Positions 56,313-64,000 of a stretch of DNA of 64,000 nucleotides are shown here, piece after piece. Location of the stretch: positions 2,356,001-2,420,000 of the forward strand of contig NEEC01000008.1 in the NCBI GenBank assembly GCA_002189035.1, given 5' to 3'. The position numbers and the translations under genes are program-made. The DNA is from Utricularia gibba (lineage: Eukaryota > Plantae > Magnoliophyta). A model generated the notes under the pieces. That model was not told where the DNA came from. It saw only the letters and a list, made by a program, of their open reading frames with translations, and searched no databases. Each line of letters begins with the position of its first letter. The stretch's first letter is position 1.

Positions 56313-59300
56313 GCAGGAAATACACCTTTAATAAATCCTTTTTTACCGGCGACTGTTGAGGAGTGAGTACCGGACGGCACCACTCTACTCCTTAGAGCCA
56401 TGCCTCGTCCAGTCGGAGAAAGACAACCCACCGCATCAACCAAAAGACGCACCATGCCCCTGAGCTCCCTCTGCCTCTCCCAAAACATCCTCGCTCTCTC
56501 TCCAACAGCAGTAGCACCATTATTGCTCTACTGTAATTAATTAAATTATTTTAATTATCAAATAAATTATTAATTGATTATTCAAGTAATTTAAGGTTTG
56601 GATGGTTCGATATAGTTAAAATAATAGTTAAATTATTTTTAAATATTTTAAAATATAATTTTCGAAAATTTTTGAATACTTTGAAAAAATTAGATATCAT
56701 TTAAGTTTTATAATTATAGATAGAATTTAATTCCTTTTTACTTTAAAAAAATATAAAAAATACTTGACTCTAGTAGATGAAAATTGATATATTTCTATTT
56801 TGGAAGTATACATTATAGAATGCACATTAAAAAAAGAACATGATTTTTCTCTAAAGTCCAGTTTGTTCCAACCATCAATATATTCATTATTTTTTAATTT
56901 TTTTTTTTTGCATTAATATAGTAGAAAAATGATGAATAATCTCCTATCGAACCTAAAATACTAGTTAATCATTTCATCTCATTCGTTAATATGATTTGAA
57001 AACATGGACTTAGCCAACAAATCCTCTCTACTTTCTTATAAGTCGATATAAATCACGTTTTTTATGTATTTGAAATAATATCGTAAATTGAGCATGCTAT
57101 TTTTTTGAAAAAAATTATCATATTGTAAAGATGAGATGTGATGATTTTGAGTCAAATGAATGAATTGGGTTTTGGGATTATGGTTGAATTATTGGGAAAT
57201 AATAATGTAGAGAAGTTACTTTCCTGTAGAGGGTTTGGTTCAAATTTTGGGGACCTTTAAAGCGACGATGCCTCGTTAATGCCGGATCTTGTCGCTGAAA
57301 CCACATGGGCTGGACCGGGCCTTTCTCTATTTATTACAGATTCCAGAATCATCCGCCCTTCCCCCGTCCAGACACCTGGTCCAGGTCGCCGCCGGCGGCC
57401 CAAAGGTCACGGAGAAAGTAAGGTTTTTTTTTACTTCTGTCAAAGAAGCTGATCCTTCTTCTATCAAGTTGGAAATGGGAGCTGGCCATGCATGCCCTGA
57501 CATCGCCACTTTCCCTGTTTCCTCGAAGGAATCTTGCTGCTGATTGCCATTTGTGCATGTAATTCGGTCTGTTGTATTGAAGTTTATCATCCTTGGATCA
57601 GTAAAAGAGCAAAAATCAGCATGGGTTGTGCTACTTTTGCTTTCAATGCTGTCTTACGCAGTGGAATAGTTGGCTGAGGAAACAGCATGATCACATAATA
57701 AATCAGCAGAACGCGATAGTACGATTCATACCGCACAAAACCACCTGAAAAACTTCCACGGATAGGGACCCCCCATGTGTCTGATAAGCGAGATGCTCAG
57801 CTCAACCAGCACCTCCCTCCATCGGACACTACCATAGCAATGCAATTCAACTCGCACAGGTATCTAAGGAGGTGAACCAGCTGCTAATCCCTCCAGATTA
57901 GCTGAGAAATGTATGCAATTTCCGGTTGGAGTGAAGCGGAGGCACTGTTTATAGATAGAGTCAGCAGCTAGCTAAATGCTTGAAAAGAAAACACAGCTAC
58001 AAGTCTCAGATAGGAACGATGCTTCGGTGGATGTCTCTCCGGTCAGCCCCATGATCGGCGATGCTTCCGCAAACGTCGCAAAGGGGCTGGTGGATCGTGC
58101 ATGCAAACCCTCGATTCCTCAAGCTTTTTTTTTTCAAATCTTGTTCTCCTAATTGCGCATCCCACAGGATACAGAATTGTATTGTATTCGAACACGTGTT
58201 TGAAAATAATGGATTCAATCGAAGTTGATGTTTCATTTTATCCAAACTTATGAATAAACGTGACAATTAATTTAAATTATAATTTTTATTTTTTAGGTCT
58301 TTTAAATATAATTGAAAATTATTTTAATCGATTCAATGTATGTTATAAAATTTTCTATTTAAATGAATAATTAAATTACAGAATAAATCACGTGTTGAAA
58401 TTGCTGAATTCAAATAAACTATTTAATTAAATTGGGCTGAAATTCACAGAATGAATTTTCTTATTTTTTAAAAAAATTACAAATTCCCAGAACATTATAA
58501 ATATATATAAGGCATAGCGGAAGAATCAACACACGGAGCAACCCAAATTGGGGGTCGCTGCATTTTTTGTTTGTTCGGATTTGATGATGTTGGAGATTGT
58601 GAGTGAAGAAGGTTGCTCCGAGTTGGGGGGCGGATGTCATTCTTGTTGGATCAATTTTGGTTTGGGAATCAAAGAACATGTTTCTGAAAACGTATTCAGA
58701 ATGAATTTTATTCAGATAAACGGGCGGCGGCGAGATTCTGTTTTATTTTGATATCACCACCTAATGGTCTGCAAAGAAAGAATTTTTTTGGTGAGACATT
58801 GACGGAGCTTTGGGGGGCTCTTCCCTTGTTGGGAAGAGGGAAATTGAGTGACTTGGATGAGGCGATAATTGCAACAGCTCACTGCACTAATGCTGACATA
58901 GGTTTCTAGCAATAATGCAGTAGTCGCAGTAGTAGTTTACAGATGGCTTGGTTAATCAAGAAGGAAAATTCTAGTTGTTTTCCGAGGATGTTCGTTCTTT
59001 GATCCAATAATTGCATTTTTGGATAGTGTTGATCCGGTGGAAGTAGATGAGATTGGCATTCTAAGATGAGTTGATAAAGATTCTTGGCAAAAGCGAGTTT
59101 CTTTTCCTTGATTTGATTTTTATTGCGTCGTCCTGGAACTTAAAAAGGGCAGACATTAGGGTTTCTTTTGCTTTTATTCTCTCGTTGAATAATAGGAGTT
59201 TCTTCTGAAGCTTCGATTTTTGTTGATTTCCTCATCCGGGTTTCTGAAGTTGTTCACCCTTTCCATATGGGGCGACAAGCTTTCCCATTGTTTCCCCCTC

Positions 59301-59716
59301 CAGCTGATCTCAATCCTGTTTCTTTTCGTTTATTCTGTTGATTTTGTCTTCCGTTGGGATTTCTTTGCGTGGGGGTTTGTCTGGGATTAAAATTATTTTT
59401 TTCAAATAGTTATTACCTTTTTATTTTTATTTTTTCCTTTTGTGGATTGGCGTGATTTCTAGTGATTATGTGTGTTCGTCAAAGTTTTTGACAATGCTAT
59501 TGTTTTGGGTCGTAGTATGTGTTTTTTGGGCCAGATTCCCACTTCTTGGGACCCTTTTCCTTCAGATTTTTGAGAAAGAAACTCGATTCTGTGGTTAATG
59601 GAAGTGAAGGTTCATTCGCTCGAGTCAGGTGACCTGCTGACTGGTTACATTTGGAGACAAGTGTATTACTGAAGTTTTTGGAATCAACACTCGGTGTAGG
59701 CGACAATATTGTCAAT

Positions 59717-62700
59717 ATGTTGTATACACAAGGTGCTGCGAAAAGCACTTTCGTTCTCATTGTGGTAGTATGCAAGGAAAAATCTGAACGGAAGCAGGGC
59801 CAACAGGCATCATTGTTATCAGGTTTTCAATCTTCAGGGCGTGTTGAGGTGTGAACTTATGCGCTAATTGCGTTAGCCTTTTTGTTTACTTAATTTCATG
59901 GTTGCTTTTAATTTGTAGGTTCACACATTGAGGAATCCAACTCCTGACGAGTTTTCCAAAGTTCTCAATTCATTGCGTCCAAATATTGTTTTCTTTCAAG
60001 AGGAAGAACGGCTTCAGAATGATCAAATAGGCTTCTCCATGCATCGATCACTAAATATATCTTCTCCTGAAGAAATATCTGGTCTCTTCAGCAGCATACT
60101 TCCTACTACTGTATGATATTTGTCTTTGGTACTTGGAAGTGATTTTTCTGTTATAACACTCAGATAACGTCATTTTCTACAATTCTTTCTGTTAGTATTT
60201 CAACAAATCTCAATTATATGTGAAGGTTTATTTGGAGGTGCCATGTGGCGAACTTGTGGCAGAGCATCTTCACTCCAAGGTAATTCAGAAGGCAAAGAAT
60301 GCATTGTCTATTCTGCAGCTGTGTGAAATTTTTTTGAAGTTTTATGCATCTTCCCATTTTTTAATCTTTGTAGGGAATTCCTTATGTCATATATTGGAAG
60401 AATTTAATACCATATCATGCGGCAAGCCTTTTTCACCAAGCGTTTTTCTTGGTACTGCAAAGGTGATGACAGTTTTTTATTGTAGTATCAGCTTTTGCGT
60501 TCATCTTTTGAAATATATTCAATGTGAATTCTAAGGTTCCTTTTTTATTTATCCAATTCATTGAAAATCTAGATTAATATGCATTGGCTGATCTAGTTTC
60601 AGTGCACTGCCGGCCATTCATGTTTTTTCTGTCATATAATTGTCACTAATTACCTTGATATTCTGCAGTTCAGCTTGTCATACCTGGGATGCTTTTCAAC
60701 TTGCAGAAGCCTCCTTCAGACTTCACTGTTTGCGGAGTAATTTGATGAGCTCTGATTGCAAGATTGCTGATGATGAACTAGGACCTAAGCTTATTGGAGA
60801 GCCTCTGAAAATTAGTGTTGAGATACCTGAGGTGGAAGAGACCAGGAGTGATGAAGAAAGCACTTCAGGCTCTCTTCCCGCAATACAGATATATGATGAT
60901 GTTGTGAACACAAGGTTTCTTATTTGTGGGGATTCAAATTCCTTGGTAATGTGCGGAAGTTTCATCTTAAGTATATCAACTCACTCTTTTCAATAGAAAC
61001 TCACAGACTGTTCTCATGGAATTGTTTTTCCTTCACCTACAGGATGCGCGCTCATGGAGTTCATTGGAGGATGGTTTGAATGCCCTCATCCGTATTGAAG
61101 TATTCACTGTTTCACTTTTCCTTCAATTAGTGTGAAAACATTTTTTGGTATCCTCTCATCATACTAACTTCCTTTCTGTATTTTTGCATTTTCACATTTT
61201 CTTACTGTGACAAGATGAGGGGAGCAGACTTCATAACCGAGCTAGGTAACAGGAACTTTTTGTATCCTGTTGTGCTAATTTTGAATCATCCGCTTCATTT
61301 CTCGCCTATACTTTTATCTCCTTCCTTTTCATACAGTTGTTTTTTGTGTTTCAGCGCTATTCCTCCACCACTCAAAGCCGGCACATTTTCTCGGGGTGTC
61401 GTGACAATGCGATGTGACTTGACCACGAGTAGCTTTACACATGTTTCTCTTTTGGTCTCAGGCAGCGCGCAAACCTGTTTTGATGATCAGGTGGTGCTTT
61501 TTTTTTTCAGCAATATATGTGTGTTAAATTTACCCATTTGTCTACCATGAACTTGTTTAATATGCTATGCAGTGTTGTAACACAACTTGTGGCGAACTTT
61601 TTCTTATATTGTTGTTTTAGTTTCTTGCAGTGTGTAAATCTGTTTTCAAGTTGCATGTTTCATTACATCTCACTATTCATCTGTTTTACAGATTTTGGAA
61701 AACCATATCAAGAGTGAGATTGTCGACAAAAATCAGCTTATCCATGGGCTTCTCAAGTCTGATGAACACAAACCACGCATACCTGAACCATCGCGTTCCA
61801 TTGCAGTAGCTTGTGGGCGGCAGTATTTGAAGTTTGTTTGAAGGTCCCGACATGGGCTTCCCAGGTACAAGTGTTTTCTAAGTTTCTATTTAGAGCTTCT
61901 TGGATCATATAATCTGTGGTTTTCACTGAGTTGGCGTCACATTCCAGTTTACTTTTTTTTCTGAATTATAGGTTTTGAGGCAACTAGCACCCAATATTTC
62001 GTATCGTAGTTTTGCTGCACTTGGTGTAGCAGGGATCCAGGGGTTAGCTGTAGCTTCATTTGAGAAAGAAGACGCAGAAAGACTGTTGTTTTTCTACCCA
62101 GTGGAAGAGAAGAATGGTGTTCAAAATAATCTGAAATTCACCACGCTTCCTTACTGGTTAAAACCACCTCCCCCCAGTGGAAAGGAGCCCCTGGTTTACC
62201 AAGGAACTGGCTCCATTTCTGCAAATGGTATAGTCAAATTGGGAGATGATGAGAAAAGCAACGAAAAGATGGCTTCCCCATCAACAACTGCTCACCAAAA
62301 AGTTAGAATAGCTGCTCTAAGACCCATTCCTCATGTGCGTCATTGGAAAATGCTTCCCTTTTCAGCTTCTTCAGAGACAGACATGTACGATGGAAGTCAA
62401 GTGAAGGCAGTGCCCATTCTTCCTTCAAAACACGGTAGTGCTCTTGGGGCTTCTGCTGGCCATCGAAGATCTGCACCTAGTTCTTATCAAGCTAAGCAAG
62501 GTGTGTCGTTAAATCACCTTCCTCTCAAGAAGCATGCTTGTGGGAGAAGCTCTTTACATGTGTGCTCTGAGGTAATCCTTATTCTTCTTTTCATTTGTAT
62601 GGCTCGTGATTAAAGTTTCCACTCATTGCTATTTCTAATACTCAAGAGCTTTTTCCCCTTTGTCATCACACAAGGAGGAGTTTTTAAAGGATGTAATGCA

Positions 62701-63596
62701 TTTTCTCATCCTTCGGGGACATAACCGGCTTATTCCACAAGGTGGGCGTGCAGAGTTTCCTGATGCTATACTCAATGCAACCAGACTTGATCTCTTTAAC
62801 CTGTACCGGGAGGTAGGATGCAATATAACAAGCATGGAATATGACTTGGTCTTTGTTTGTGCCAGTCCAAGTTTAAAGTTGGTTTGATCATGGCCCAGGT
62901 TGTGACTAGAGGTGGATTTCGTGTCGGCAATGGCATCAACTGGAAGGGACAGGTTTTCTCAAAGATGCGGAATCATACTGCAACCAACAGAATGACTGTA
63001 TGCCTTCAAATTTGGCTCGCACCTGTTTCTGTTTCATCTCTTCAACATGCATCTGGTTGGCTAAACCGCTTGCTCTTTCTGCTGTCGTCTAGGGTGTGGG
63101 AAACACCCTCAAAAGGCACTACGAAACGTATCTTCTCGAATATGAATTGGCTCACGATGATGTTGAAGGGGAATGCTGTTTGCTGTGCCGCAGGTAGCAA
63201 CTTCTACAGTCTCTCTTCCCCCTCCTCGCAACATTGTGCCTGTGTTTGCCTGTGAGCTGACAGGATGCTTACTCGATTCCCATGTCCTCAACGTGCTTCT
63301 TCTTCTTCTTATTCTTCTTCTTCAGTAGTGCATCCGGTGACTGGGTAAACTGTGGCTTGTGCGGAGAGTGGGCTCATTTCGGGTGCGATCAACGACCCGG
63401 CCTGGGCGCTTTCAAGGTAAGACAAATGGACTTCTATTGTTCCTTTTTTTCGCAGCACGGGATGTATGAATCCTTCCCGTCGATGGCGGTGCAGGACTAC
63501 GCGAAGAAGGATGGATTGGAGTACATATGCCCACAGTGCAGCATCACGACGTACAAGAAGAAGATGCAGAAAACTGGGCGCAACGGATACCCGTGA
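59717..63596 (+). CDS. ARID4: AT-rich interactive domain-containing protein 4 (ARID + PHD), with two -1 frameshifts as assembled
   Basis: 15 exons from ATG 59717. GIPYVIYWKN, AGTFSRGVVTMRCD, ARID domain (LDLFNLYREVVTRGGFRVGNGINWKGQVFSKMRNHT), PHD (WVNCGLCGEWAHFGCD..YICPQC). Frame breaks at G-runs 61219-61222 and 61815-61817. Confidence 0.92.
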
Positions 63597-64000
63597 GCGT
63601 GAATGGAGGAACAGATAGGAGAAAAAAAAGACCCAGAAACTGGGGCGAGGCCCGTCCCCGTTGACAGCGGACAGCGACGGCGCGAGGCTGCCGCCGTCAG
63701 CCATCGGAAGCTCCCCTACTTGCCAAGGTTGTCGGATTCTTGCAGGGTGAGCTCGTTCCCGCCACACGCATGGTTCACGTATTGATTGTACTAGAAGCTT
63801 CCAGACTCATGAGCCCATCAACATGCCAACCCCCAACATAGTTTCATTTTCAATCTAGGGTTTAAATTTCAGAGTTTTGTTTTAAAATTGTATTCACTAC
63901 ATTTTTTTTATTTTTCTCATAGTTTTGTTGAAATTTATTTATTATGTCCATATTTGTTTTTGAATTATTTATTTAAGTATATTTATCAAGAATTAGTGTC

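Noticed and set aside
58001-58020. Minus-strand GTTCCTATCTGAGACTT resembling the TAS3 5' miR390 site
   Set aside because: There is an extra base in the seed-pairing region and no tasiARF or second site downstream.
62710-62722. 13-nt identity to the U6 snRNA 5' stem (CCTTCGGGGACAT)
   Set aside because: It lies inside an ARID4 coding exon (ILRGH), with no other U6 sequence and no USE/TATA promoter. It is a chance match.

Overview
Eukaryotic (eudicot plant) nuclear DNA, not prokaryotic: no CRISPR array, operon, rRNA or recognisable tRNA. I can reconstruct 18 intron-containing protein-coding genes in 64 kb (about 1 per 3.6 kb). In order: SAC3A-like (5' part only, runs off the window start), long coiled-coil protein, GT23/fucosyltransferase-like protein, ITN1-like ankyrin-TM protein, PRP18, GPI-anchored LTP, alpha-tubulin, PTB3, TRAF-type zinc-finger protein, RPS5, TBR/TBL acetyltransferase, actin, fibrillin FBN7/PAP13, UVI4/OSD1 APC/C inhibitor, PMEI-pectin methylesterase, alanine aminotransferase, remorin and ARID4. 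Introns are short (many 60-140 nt), intergenic spacers are short and AT-rich, and I see no autonomous transposon. That fits a highly compacted genome such as Utricularia/Genlisea, but this is inference only. The most notable items are a 47-nt stop-containing candidate poison exon in PTB3 intron 1, two microexons (14 and 15 nt), two GC-AG introns, an 11-nt frameshifting deletion just upstream of the TBL catalytic DxxH motif, three -1 deletions in G/C homopolymers (PME once, ARID4 twice; probably assembly errors), a Tourist-like fold-back MITE, and several unexplained non-coding GC-richer islands. I found no convincing wholly novel biological system. Arabidopsis locus comparisons are recalled from memory and need BLAST confirmation.
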